This document shows, piece after piece, positions 9,596-18,508 of a DNA stretch of 24,000 nucleotides. Each line of letters opens with the position of its first letter. Positions within the stretch are counted from its first letter, which is position 1. Location of the stretch: contig CALAPY010000092.1 of NCBI GenBank assembly GCA_937891015.1, positions 35,125 to 59,124 of the forward strand, in the 5' to 3' direction. Under the pieces are notes generated by a model that had not been told where the DNA came from, did no database searches, and was given only the letters and a program-made list of their open reading frames with translations. The position numbers and the translations under genes are program-made. This DNA is from an uncultured Flavobacteriales bacterium. GTDB taxonomy: Bacteria > Bacteroidota > Bacteroidia > Flavobacteriales_G > Salibacteraceae.

Positions 9596-11704
9596 CTAAT
9601 AGAACTTGTGGCGGCTATCAACCACTCCACCTTTTTCTTTTAGAGCTTCAAATACTTCATAGTCTACCCGGCTGGCTAAGTTTCTACCTACCTGATCACG
9701 GGTAATCTCCAGGGTTGTGTTTTCGTCTGCGGGCATTATTTTGTCTACCCTAACAATGTAAACACCGTTTTCGCCATCCACGACTTCACTTTCCTGTCCT
9801 TCTTCCAAGCCGAAAATCATTCCTAAAATTTTAGCCTCCGGACCAATTCCGGGAATTGAAAAGCTACTGAAGTTGATATCGGTAGAGGTTTTAACTCCAG
9901 TTCCAATTGCCTGCGCAATTTCTTCAACTCCGGCATCAGCACCCATTTTGCTTCTGATCAATTCAGCTTTCTTTTCCTTTATTACCTTTTCGGTCACTTT
10001 GTCTTTCACCTCTTCGAAAGGAAGGGTGCCTTCTTCTTTTACCGAAGAAAGAGCAGCAATTATGAACTGGGTCCCCATTTCATATACATCAGATACTTCA
10101 CCAATGTTTGCGTCATAAGACCAACGGATCAACTGACGTGGGCTTTCCAAATTACCAAGCACCTTGTCCTGAACCCGAATGTAATCGAACTCCTGGATTT
10201 CAACCGCCGGATTTTCCTCAGCTGCTTTTACAAATGCATCGAGCGTACTATTTTGAATGGCAAACTCTGAAGCTAGGTTATATTGTTTTTCAAAGGTCTC
10301 TTCACTTGGCTCAATGATTCTCTCTATACTAACTGTTTCGATCTTTTCCTTCTCTTCCGTCTTATTGGTAATTTCAATGAGGTGATAGCCATATTGTGTT
10401 TTTACAATCGGTAGATCGCCTACGTTTCCATTAAAACAAGCCCTGTCAAATTCAGGTACCATTTGACCCTGAGTGAACCATTCCAAATCTCCACCATTTC
10501 GTGCAGAACCTAAATCCGCACTTAAATCAGTGGCTAATTGTGCAAAATCAGCTCCGTTTTGAATGGCTTCTTTAAGGCTGTCCATTCGTACTCTAATTAC
10601 AGTAGTATCTTCCGTTTCACTCGGCTGAAGCAAAATATGCCTTGCTCTTACTGAGTCTGGAACCAATACGGTTCCCAATTTTTTGGTCAACTTAAACGTT
10701 CCATTAGCGCCATAAGGACCAAAAACGGTTCCGTTTTCTGCCGCAAAAATTAATGAGTCAATATCATCGGGTAGTTCATATCGTTTGAAACGCTGAAAAC
10801 TATTTCTTGAATCCGAGTTTTGAAGAGCAAACAAAGTATCGTTATCCGCAGCTTCAAACTCAGGCTTCATTTTGCCTACCATTTGTTTTATTCTTTCAAG
10901 ATCGGCCTCCGTTGGGGTTACATTCCACGAAATCAACTTGATTCCCCTTGTAGTTTCATTTTGAGAAAACTCTTTATCCGATTTATGGGCATTGTAGTAG
11001 CTTTGAAGATCGGCATCGTCATACGAAACTTCATCATTGGTTATTTCGTCATAGCTCATTCCAGCATAACTGATGCTTACCCTTTTATTTTCTTCCACTG
11101 AACTTTGCTCAGCGTCGAAGTTAGAAACGTAAAGTCCGCGCTTAATAGCGTTGTTGTATTTGTTACTTAAAATGGTTTGTCGAATTGCATCTTCAACCGG
11201 ATACCAGTTTTCTGGGGTTTCACCACCAAGAATTTGTTTGATGTAGAAAAGAACTTTTTGTGAGTTAAGACCTCCTGTTGCCGGATCTCTCAATTGATCA
11301 TATACCTGGTTGGTTTGGGGATTCGTGAAGTATTGATTCAGTACCGCATTGTTTGGGTTGTTCTTAATTTCTTCCCAAAGTTCTTCATCGGTTACAGAAA
11401 TTCCGATTTTAGCATACTCAGTTTCAACCAACTTTTCCTGCAATAACTGGTTCCAAACCCGATTACGCATTTGATCCATCTGTTGCCCGCTTACATCCTG
11501 ACCGTTGGAAGCTTCTGATAATCGCCGCTCAAATTCCTGAATTGAAATTTTCACTCCGTTTATCTCTCCCACATCAGTATCCGGCTGGCTAAAAATATTG
11601 CTGTTTCCACTCAAAAGGTCACTACCAATAAAAGCTACCATAGCAAAGGCCACTACTCCAATCATAAGTCCCGACCTGTTGCGTATCTGTCCTATTACTC
11701 CCAT
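9596..11704 (-). CDS. ppiD: periplasmic chaperone / peptidyl-prolyl isomerase PpiD-like (SurA-N plus parvulin domain)
   Basis: 702 aa. N-terminal membrane anchor GLMIGVVAFAMVAFIGSDLL and a parvulin core ARHILL...GGDLEWFTQGQMVPEFDRACF...YGYHLIEI. Confidence 0.78.
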   Translation of the reverse strand: MGVIGQIRNRSGLMIGVVAFAMVAFIGSDLLSGNSNIFSQPDTDVGEINGVKISIQEFERRLSEASNGQDVSGQQMDQMRNRVWNQLLQEKLVETEYAKIGISVTDEELWEEIKNNPNNAVLNQYFTNPQTNQVYDQLRDPATGGLNSQKVLFYIKQILGGETPENWYPVEDAIRQTILSNKYNNAIKRGLYVSNFDAEQSSVEENKRVSISYAGMSYDEITNDEVSYDDADLQSYYNAHKSDKEFSQNETTRGIKLISWNVTPTEADLERIKQMVGKMKPEFEAADNDTLFALQNSDSRNSFQRFKRYELPDDIDSLIFAAENGTVFGPYGANGTFKLTKKLGTVLVPDSVRARHILLQPSETEDTTVIRVRMDSLKEAIQNGADFAQLATDLSADLGSARNGGDLEWFTQGQMVPEFDRACFNGNVGDLPIVKTQYGYHLIEITNKTEEKEKIETVSIERIIEPSEETFEKQYNLASEFAIQNSTLDAFVKAAEENPAVEIQEFDYIRVQDKVLGNLESPRQLIRWSYDANIGEVSDVYEMGTQFIIAALSSVKEEGTLPFEEVKDKVTEKVIKEKKAELIRSKMGADAGVEEIAQAIGTGVKTSTDINFSSFSIPGIGPEAKILGMIFGLEEGQESEVVDGENGVYIVRVDKIMPADENTTLEITRDQVGRNLASRVDYEVFEALKEKGGVVDSRHKFY

Positions 11705-11834
11705 TTATCTTAGGTTCAAAATTTGGACCGCGAATATACAATCATTGCCGATTAAATTCAAAAATTGAACATTTCTTAACTTGTTGTTTGTTAGTGGTTT
11801 ATAAAATTGTGGTTTTGTCCAGTGTAAGTTTTGG

Positions 11835-13100
11835 CTAATTCGGGGGGCTATTTGTAATTAAAACGCTTTCTATCTTATTATCAGATACTTGCTCAATGGT
11901 AAAAATAAAACCTTCAATTTCCAGTACTTCTCCTTGGTCGGGAATACTCTCCTGAAAATGGGTAATTAAACCCCCTAGGGTTTCATAATCAGGGTTTTCT
12001 GGTAGTTCAAGTTGATACTCCATATTTAGGTGGTCTACCTCCAGCCGAGCAGAAAAACGATACCTTCCCTCTCCGAGGTCTTCCTCTATCTCATAATCCT
12101 TATCGTGTTCGTCTTCTATTTCACCAACAATTTCTTCAATGAGGTCTTCTGTTGTAACTATTCCTGCTGTACCTCCAAATTCATCGAGAACAACGGCTAT
12201 ACTTCTTTTGTTTTTATTCAAAATCTTAAGCGCATCACTGGCGGTCATTGCTTCGGGAATAAGCGAAATTGGTAAAAGAATTTCTTTAATCGACTTGGGT
12301 GATTTCAAGAGCTCGAAAGAATGTACGTAGCCAATTATATTATCCATTCCCTCTCTATAAATCAAGACCTTGGATAACCCTGTTTCTATGAACAACTCCC
12401 TCACTTTTTCAAGTTCTTCATCTTCAGAAACAGCCTTCACTTCCGTTCTTGGAACCATACACTCCCGGACTTTTACTTCATTAAATTCCAGTGCATTTTG
12501 AAGAATCTGAACCTCGTGCTCCAGTTCATCTTTATTGTTTGTTTTCGATGTCGCCTCTCGTAAGTACTGATCCAAATCCACTTTCCCAAACACCACCTGC
12601 TTATTACTGAGGTCTTCCTTTATTATGTACTTCAAAATGAAATTAGTAATGCCCATCGTAATAAATACAATAGGAGATAAAACGCTATAAATAATGACCG
12701 TAGGAATGGCAAAAACGTTGAGTGTTCTATTGGGGTTAATCCTAAATATTGTTTTGGGTAAAAATTCAGCGGTAACCAAAACCAGGGTTGTAGAAATTAC
12801 CGTTTGAAGTAAAAAAATGGCGAATTTATTGGGAATCGCCGCTGCTATTAATGGTTCTAAAGCAAGCGCCATAAAATAACCATAGATAACTAAGGCAATG
12901 TTGTTGCCTATGAGCATTGTAGAAATAAATTCCCTTTCGTGTTTAACGAAGTAGGAATAGATCGATGCTGCAATTTCACCTCCCTTTTTGTCTAATTCAA
13001 TTTTTAGTTTGTTGGAACTGATAAAGGCTATTTCCATTCCAGAAAAAAAGGCGGAAAAAAGTAGGGAAAGAAGAATTATCAAAAACGAATTCTCGTCCAT
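11835..13100 (-). CDS. CNNM/CorC/TlyC-family membrane protein (DUF21 - CBS pair - CorC_HlyC)
   Basis: 421 aa. Four N-terminal TM helices, a central CBS-pair-like region, and a C-terminal GGLITHFQESIPDQGEVLEIEGFIFTIEQV transporter-associated domain. Confidence 0.72.
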   Translation of the reverse strand: MDENSFLIILLSLLFSAFFSGMEIAFISSNKLKIELDKKGGEIAASIYSYFVKHEREFISTMLIGNNIALVIYGYFMALALEPLIAAAIPNKFAIFLLQTVISTTLVLVTAEFLPKTIFRINPNRTLNVFAIPTVIIYSVLSPIVFITMGITNFILKYIIKEDLSNKQVVFGKVDLDQYLREATSKTNNKDELEHEVQILQNALEFNEVKVRECMVPRTEVKAVSEDEELEKVRELFIETGLSKVLIYREGMDNIIGYVHSFELLKSPKSIKEILLPISLIPEAMTASDALKILNKNKRSIAVVLDEFGGTAGIVTTEDLIEEIVGEIEDEHDKDYEIEEDLGEGRYRFSARLEVDHLNMEYQLELPENPDYETLGGLITHFQESIPDQGEVLEIEGFIFTIEQVSDNKIESVLITNSPPN

Positions 13101-13136
13101 AAATTGGATATCGCTATCAAATATAAAGGATGAGTC

Positions 13137-13343
13137 TTACTTCTCGCCGTTTTCTTGATCCTGTTTTTTCAACTTGCCATCATACCATTTTCTCATTCCA
13201 AACAACACAAATGCCAATATGGGCATATAGTAAGTCATGGGTTCAACCTCATCAGAGGTCATTGTTTTGTAAATGGCATATATGGTCGTTAAGATTCCTA
13301 TGGTTAGCCAGAAGTAGACAATATATATGTTATACTTTTTCAT
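13137..13343 (-). CDS. small two-TM membrane protein, unknown function
   Basis: 68 aa with two hydrophobic helices (IYIVYFWLTIGILTTIYAIY and YYMPILAFVLFGM) and a Lys/Glu-rich tail. It is on the same strand as the whole surrounding operon. A mirror ORF on the plus strand was rejected. Confidence 0.45.
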   Translation of the reverse strand: MKKYNIYIVYFWLTIGILTTIYAIYKTMTSDEVEPMTYYMPILAFVLFGMRKWYDGKLKKQDQENGEK

Positions 13344-13380
13344 GATTTATCTTTTATTAAGCTAATCCGGAGGGTGAAAC

Positions 13381-13965
13381 CTACTCCTCCAGCTCTTCAT
13401 TATCCTCTCCTTTTACAGAAATTACCCCCCTAATATTGGTAATCCTGTATTTGGTGAACGAGTCGTTCGACTCGAGTCCATCACCGTAAATAATTTCATC
13501 CGGAGTGGTTATTTTAACATACTCTTCGGTAAATATTCTGCTCTCCTCCCGATACCAGGTTAGCATTTCGGTGTTAAGGGTTTCGTCTTTATTGTTCTTT
13601 ACCTCAACGTTGTTCTTCACCACAATTCTTTTTTCTTCCGGGTAGTTAATTCCGTAATCGGCTTTCAATGTCGATTCCGGTGCTCCGGTAGAGTCAAACA
13701 TGGTTAAAACCAGGCCTTCAGGAAATTCAACAAATGGATTATCGGCATCGGTAAACCTCAACATTTTTGGGGTGGTTACCTTGATTTTTAGCAGGGCTGA
13801 ATCACTAAAAAGGATGGTCGTATTTATTGATATTTCCGTTGGTTTTAAGGAGTCCGATTCTAAAACGGGTAATTCGGTGGTGTCATTTCCGCAAGAAAAC
13901 AAGAGTGCCGCAACCAAGGTTGCGGCACTTACTACTGATAGTATTTTAACAGCGGAGTTTATCAA
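13381..13965 (-). CDS. lptC: LPS export protein LptC-like lipoprotein
   Basis: 194 aa with lipobox LLFSCGN. LptC/OstA-like pattern FPEGLVLTMFDSTG...LKADYG...NNVEVKNNKDETLNTEMLTWYREESRIFTEEYVKITTPDEIIYGDGLESNDSFTKYRI. Confidence 0.62.
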   Translation of the reverse strand: MINSAVKILSVVSAATLVAALLFSCGNDTTELPVLESDSLKPTEISINTTILFSDSALLKIKVTTPKMLRFTDADNPFVEFPEGLVLTMFDSTGAPESTLKADYGINYPEEKRIVVKNNVEVKNNKDETLNTEMLTWYREESRIFTEEYVKITTPDEIIYGDGLESNDSFTKYRITNIRGVISVKGEDNEELEE

Positions 13966-13971
13966 TATGTT

Positions 13972-15297
13972 TTAGTTAAATCTTGCTGTGGTAGTTTCGT
14001 TAATCCAACCTTTTACGGTATAACTATCCCCCTCGTTAATTCCGTAGAAAAAGCAATCTTGCTTTCCCGGAAACCTGCTCTTGGCTTTAGCAATTTTATT
14101 TCCAATTTTTTCTTTCAAACTTGGGTCTTTTGCCAAGGCTATTTGATATTTATCTACTGCAGCCCAGTTTCCGGCTCTTTTATCACAATCATTATCCCCA
14201 CATGAACTGGCTCCTCCAAAATACGCATCACCAATCATCATGTAAGCCTCTCCGTTAGATTTATCTACCGATAAAGCTCGACTGGCCATCAACTTCGCTT
14301 TTGCATATTGGCCATTGCTCAAATAGCAATACCCTGCTCTTAATGCGGCTTTAATCTTAAACGGCGCTTTATCGACCTCTGGTAATGAATCAGCCAGTGC
14401 AAATGCTTCCAAATAGTAATCTATCGCCTCCGGACATTTTTGTTTTTTCACATACCAATTGGCAATACTCCATGCGGCTAGTGGTGAAGGGGAAAGCTCC
14501 TGAAGTCGCTTAGCCACAGCAATATAAAAATCCGAATCCTCGCACTCTTTAGCATTTAACAATTCCAGAACTCCGCGAATCATTTCTGCATCATTCTGGT
14601 TTGCTTCAAACCTTGGTTTAAATGCGGTTACAAGATCCTCACAACTTGCCACTTCCTTGAAGAACTGAAGTAAGTTTTCGTTACTGGTTTTGTAATTGTT
14701 TATTTTCTTTTCACTCTTACCGTTTTTAATGTTGTAATCGGCAATCGCTTTTAAGATGGCATACAATTCAATAACATCAGTTTTGGTACACTTGCCCTGC
14801 TTGTACATAGCATACCGTGCTTTGTACATATAAACAATGGCACCGGCACCCATTTTATTTCCACGAAGTTTTAGTGCTTCTTCAAACATTTCATAGGCTA
14901 TTTCCGGTTGCTTTGGACGGTATTTAATGTGATCGCTTGCCTTCTTTTCAAGTACAAAACCTCGCTGACCAAAGTGCTCGATTCGCATGTCATAAACCGC
15001 CATTAAGGAGTCGACCAACAACTCCTTAAGCTCTGGGTTTCCTTTAGCTGCCTTAATTTTTGCCTTATAGATTTTGGGTACTTTCTGGTACGCACCTTTT
15101 CTTGCCTTTGGGCATATTTCAAATAAAATCTTATAGTACTTCAGGGCTTCGTTGTATTGCTTGTTTTTATAGTTCTCATCCCCCAATGAAATACTCTGGA
15201 TACAGTTTACACTATCCTCAGGCGTTGCGCCAAATTTTTGGGCACTCACACTCATTGCTCCAAACAGAAATAATCCTAACAATAATTTCACTCTCAT
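13972..15297 (-). CDS. secreted TPR-repeat protein
   Basis: 441 aa. Signal peptide LLGLFLFGAMSVSAQ and repeated helical A/Y/K-rich TPR-like units (e.g. YNEALKYYKILFEICP, GQYAKAKLMASRALSVD, GEAYMMIGDAYF). Confidence 0.6.
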   Translation of the reverse strand: MRVKLLLGLFLFGAMSVSAQKFGATPEDSVNCIQSISLGDENYKNKQYNEALKYYKILFEICPKARKGAYQKVPKIYKAKIKAAKGNPELKELLVDSLMAVYDMRIEHFGQRGFVLEKKASDHIKYRPKQPEIAYEMFEEALKLRGNKMGAGAIVYMYKARYAMYKQGKCTKTDVIELYAILKAIADYNIKNGKSEKKINNYKTSNENLLQFFKEVASCEDLVTAFKPRFEANQNDAEMIRGVLELLNAKECEDSDFYIAVAKRLQELSPSPLAAWSIANWYVKKQKCPEAIDYYLEAFALADSLPEVDKAPFKIKAALRAGYCYLSNGQYAKAKLMASRALSVDKSNGEAYMMIGDAYFGGASSCGDNDCDKRAGNWAAVDKYQIALAKDPSLKEKIGNKIAKAKSRFPGKQDCFFYGINEGDSYTVKGWINETTTARFN

Positions 15298-15308
15298 CTT
15301 TTCTTGTT

Positions 15309-16601
15309 CTAATTGTATTTACTCGGTTTAAACCACGTGTCAAATTTGTGTGGATTAAAGGAAATCCCGAGATAAAAATTTGTAAAATTTTCCTTTATTA
15401 ATCCATTTTCCTTCGAACCTCTTTGACCAAACTCTATACCAATGTTAATGGAGCTTTTCGTCTTCGTTTTTAGAACGGGAATCCCCAACCCTGCTGATAC
15501 AGCATATTCAGAAACGTTGTTGGAATTCACAACCAGGCGGGTGTTGGCAAATTTATAGCCTGCCCGGTATCTTATACTTTGTAAGAACTTAGCCAATGCA
15601 TCGGGGTTTGGAGTGCTTTCTATCCCAATGGAAAACTCTCTTCTTGAGTTTAGGTCGGTGTTATTTCCGAGGATCGTCAACTCCGACCAGTCCTGATACT
15701 TATAATCGGCCAATAGGGTCCAGCTTTTTCCCAAATATATTCCAACACCAAAATTCATGGTAGTTGGCATTTTCACCTTACCTTTTATTTCCGTGAAAAC
15801 CACGGTATCCTTAACATATTCCTGTCCTCCGGAAAGCCGATAGCTGTATGATTCTGAGTTTACCTTGGCATTAATTTCAAGCGACGGAGCATAGGTTGCT
15901 CCAAATGACATTTTGAAATCCTTGGTAAACTGATGATCGTAGTATAACCCAACATCAAAAGCAACGTCATTAACACTGGATCGGTTTACAATGTTACTGC
16001 TCAGGGCATCGGGTGAATCTAAGAAGTTGGTTGTTCTTCTGTTGGTTTTAACAAAGCCAAAATAGTAAATGAAATTCGCTCCAAAATTCAGAGTCCTTAC
16101 TGAGTCTTTAAGAATACTATAACCTGCTCCAAACAAAAACTCGTTGATTCCGCCTTGACCATCATATACAAATTGATAATCGCCGAGTATAGGGTCGGTT
16201 TGATTGGCCTGAATATTATAACCAACTTTAGTATACTGCCTAAGGCTGGCACTCATTCCACCGCGCCTTCCTAAAGGAAACGCAACAGCAAGGTTATTGA
16301 AGTATCCGCGATTTGTTTTTTGTGTTACTGTTGCGGACTGAATGCTTCGGGTATCAAGATTATAATCTACACCAAAGGTAGTGTATTGAATACCGGCATG
16401 GGTTGCGGGGTTAAGAATGTTGACCCTTGCTTCTGAGGTAAATGCTGTACCGGTAGAAGCCATACTTCGCTGACTTGCAAATGCTCGAGTATTAATATCT
16501 CCCAAACCATAAAACGAGTAGGGCGAATCGGTGGTTGTCTGTGCGAAGGCAACACTGCCCATTAAACAGAAAAAGAAAACTAACGGTTTACTTACTTTCA
16601 T
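15309..16601 (-). CDS. outer-membrane beta-barrel protein (weakly FadL/TodX-like N-terminus)
   Basis: 430 aa. Signal peptide FFFCLMGSVAFAQ and alternating beta-strand pattern throughout. The N-terminal SPYSFYGLGDINTRAF resembles the FadL-type plug motif. The C-terminus is not a classic terminal Phe. Confidence 0.55.
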   Translation of the reverse strand: MKVSKPLVFFFCLMGSVAFAQTTTDSPYSFYGLGDINTRAFASQRSMASTGTAFTSEARVNILNPATHAGIQYTTFGVDYNLDTRSIQSATVTQKTNRGYFNNLAVAFPLGRRGGMSASLRQYTKVGYNIQANQTDPILGDYQFVYDGQGGINEFLFGAGYSILKDSVRTLNFGANFIYYFGFVKTNRRTTNFLDSPDALSSNIVNRSSVNDVAFDVGLYYDHQFTKDFKMSFGATYAPSLEINAKVNSESYSYRLSGGQEYVKDTVVFTEIKGKVKMPTTMNFGVGIYLGKSWTLLADYKYQDWSELTILGNNTDLNSRREFSIGIESTPNPDALAKFLQSIRYRAGYKFANTRLVVNSNNVSEYAVSAGLGIPVLKTKTKSSINIGIEFGQRGSKENGLIKENFTNFYLGISFNPHKFDTWFKPSKYN

Positions 16602-17319
16602 TAATTTTCAATATGTAATACAATCCTTCAAGGGTTAGATTTGGGCGTGCAAAAATGGGATATTTAAACGCCTTTACAAAACGTTCGTGATCTCCGCCTG
16701 TTAAAACAATATATAAGTCGTTATATTGCCTCTTATATTCCTCAATTACTCCTTCCAATTCAAAGCGAATTCCATTCATAACACCACTCAGGATAGACTC
16801 CTTGGTATTACCACCAATTACTGCCACATCACCTTCTGGCTCCAACAACGGCAAGCGGCCTGTATTGGTGCTTAAACTCTCCAGGCGCATTTGAAGCCCT
16901 GGTGAAATTGCACCTCCCAGGTATTCGCCTGTTGCATTAACGAAGTCGTATTTAATACAGGTTCCCATATCAATAGACAGCACATTCTGATTAGGGTGGT
17001 GTGTATGGCAGGCCACAGCATTGGCCAACCGATCCTGGCCCAAGGTTTCGGGTGTTCGGTAATTATTTTTCAATGGGAGATTTGAACTATTGTTCAGGTA
17101 AATGGTTTTAAACCGGTTGGTTATTTCTTTCTCAATTTCATTTTCTTCTTCAATTACCGAACTAATAATACAAGGCGTTTCGGGAGAAATTGAGTCCAGA
17201 TGTTCTTTAAAAAGGTCAAAATCGGTTTCTCGGTTGAGTTTTTTTAATTGCACCATTCCTTTCTGATCGAAAAGCGCGAGTTTTAGTTGAGTATTTCCAA
17301 GGTCGGCGACCAGATACAT
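16588..17319 (-). CDS. coaX: type III pantothenate kinase
   Basis: 243 aa with MYLVADLGNTQLKLALF (ASKHA phosphate-1), SIDMGTC and GGAISPG motifs. The 3' end overlaps the OMP gene start by 14 nt. Confidence 0.85.
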   Translation of the reverse strand: MYLVADLGNTQLKLALFDQKGMVQLKKLNRETDFDLFKEHLDSISPETPCIISSVIEEENEIEKEITNRFKTIYLNNSSNLPLKNNYRTPETLGQDRLANAVACHTHHPNQNVLSIDMGTCIKYDFVNATGEYLGGAISPGLQMRLESLSTNTGRLPLLEPEGDVAVIGGNTKESILSGVMNGIRFELEGVIEEYKRQYNDLYIVLTGGDHERFVKAFKYPIFARPNLTLEGLYYILKINESK

Positions 17320-17413
17320 TGCTTAAAAATGGGTGCAAATATATGAATATTAAGAGCTTGCGAATTGGTAAGGACAATTTCAAAGTAGCGTTTTTTCAGA
17401 ATAAAAATTTATC

Positions 17414-17421
17414 TACATTTG
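17414..17421 (+). promoter_or_regulatory. -7 box (TACATTTG) for tRNA-Phe
   Basis: Exact TAnnTTTG match ending 13 nt before the mature tRNA 5' end. The -33 region is T-rich but has no clean TTG. Confidence 0.45.
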
Positions 17422-17434
17422 CCGCCCTATTACT

Positions 17435-17510
17435 GGTGCCTTAGCTCAGTTGGTAGAGCACAGGACTGAAAATCCTGGTGTCCCTGGTTCGATTCCTGGA
17501 GGCACCACCA
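17435..17510 (+). tRNA. tRNA-Phe (anticodon GAA), CCA encoded
   Basis: Hand-folded cloverleaf: GGTGCCT/AGGCACC acceptor, GCTC..GAGC D stem, CAGGA-CTGAAAA-TCCTG anticodon arm, TTCGATT T-loop, discriminator A, then genomic CCA. There is one U-U mismatch in the T stem (CCTGG/CCTGG). Confidence 0.9.
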
Positions 17511-17520
17511 GAAATAGTTA

Positions 17521-17555
17521 AAGCCTTGATCTCGTTGAGATTGAGGCTTTTTTTG
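17521..17555 (+). terminator. rho-independent terminator after tRNA-Phe
   Basis: 13-bp stem AAGCCTTGATCTC / GAGATTGAGGCTT (two G-U pairs), 3-nt loop, then a T-run. Confidence 0.75.
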
Positions 17556-17743
17556 TTGTGCTTATCCTATGACTAGACATACCCCAAGGGTTCGCCCCCT
17601 GCAAATTATAAACATCTCTAAATAGGCCAAACTCTATAATCAATTATAGTGCAGTGTGTGCCATTTGTGCATTTATAAACATCCCTTTTTTGTGAAATTC
17701 GGGTTCCAAACCTGACTTATCAGGCTTTGATTTGCAGTTCAAA

Positions 17744-18508
17744 ATGAAATTATTCTTGAACAAGGTCATGAAAAGTAAAACTCAAATTCTTGGAATTCTA
17801 ATATCTCTTTTGATGGTCTTGGGGTTTATTCTCACTGACCCAATTTCCCAACAACACCGCTACCACCAATTCACATATGATACAATGCTACTCGGAATTC
17901 CTAACTTCTGGAATGTAATTACCAACATCCCTTTTATTGTTGTTGGCTTAATCGGGGCACGATGGGTGTGGAAACAACATCGGAATTACAGACTCAGAAC
18001 CTTAGCGTCCTGGCTTTTTATAGGGTTGATTGGAATTGGGATTGGCTCAACCTATTATCACATCAACCCCGCTATCGATACACTGTTTTGGGACCGCCTG
18101 CCAATGGCATTGGTCTTTTCAATTCTTCTGGTTGTGGTTGTACACAATTTTGTTTCAAAAAAGCTCAGCAGACAAATACAGTGGCCTGTCATTATTTGCT
18201 CTCTTTTAAGTGTTATTTATTGGCGGGTAACTGAGTCTCTTGGCTACGGCGACCTGCGGCCCTATATTTTGGTTCAGTTTATTCCTATGCTTCTTATCCC
18301 CTACTTCCTTTGGTTAAATCGATATGGTAAGGTAAGGGGCTGGATGCTAGCGTCACTGCTGACCTATATTCTTGCTAAAATCTCCGAACATTTTGATGCT
18401 GAGCTTTTTGAACTGACCGGTTTTATCGCAGGCCATCCGATCAAACATTTACTAGCCGCAATGGCAATGATTTTTATCTTTAAGCACTTTCAAAAAAACG
18501 CCTCATGA
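17744..18508 (+). CDS. CREST-superfamily 7-TM metal-dependent hydrolase, alkaline-ceramidase-like
   Basis: Polytopic membrane protein carrying SxxxH (STYYH, 18047..18061), a conserved Asp (WDRLPM) and HxxxH (HPIKH, 18434..18448). This is the motif trio of the ceramidase/PAQR fold. I preferred the ATG at 17744 to the track's TTG at 17732. Confidence 0.55.
   Translation: MKLFLNKVMKSKTQILGILISLLMVLGFILTDPISQQHRYHQFTYDTMLLGIPNFWNVITNIPFIVVGLIGARWVWKQHRNYRLRTLASWLFIGLIGIGIGSTYYHINPAIDTLFWDRLPMALVFSILLVVVVHNFVSKKLSRQIQWPVIICSLLSVIYWRVTESLGYGDLRPYILVQFIPMLLIPYFLWLNRYGKVRGWMLASLLTYILAKISEHFDAELFELTGFIAGHPIKHLLAAMAMIFIFKHFQKNAS

Noticed and set aside
9873-12330. Plus-strand ORFs antisense to ppiD and the CNNM gene (9873..10118, 10108..10317, 10820..11101, 12030..12275, 12139..12330)
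   Set aside because: They are nested antisense to well-supported genes and have no independent signals.
11835-13100. Calling the DUF21-CBS-CorC protein GldE (gliding motility)
   Set aside because: GldE is a member of this family, but as I recall it sits next to gldD. Here the neighbours are lptC and ppiD, which fits the generic hemolysin/CNNM paralog. I therefore assigned no gene symbol.
13130-13345. 71-aa plus-strand ORF mirroring the small membrane protein
   Set aside because: It runs opposite to the whole operon, its sequence is not membrane- or globular-like (Ser/Arg/Cys/Trp-rich), and it is a typical antisense shadow of the minus-strand ORF.
15060-15401. 113-aa plus-strand ORF spanning the TPR/OMP junction
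   Set aside because: It is antisense to two tightly packed, well-supported genes and has a His/Ser/Leu-rich nonsense-like composition.
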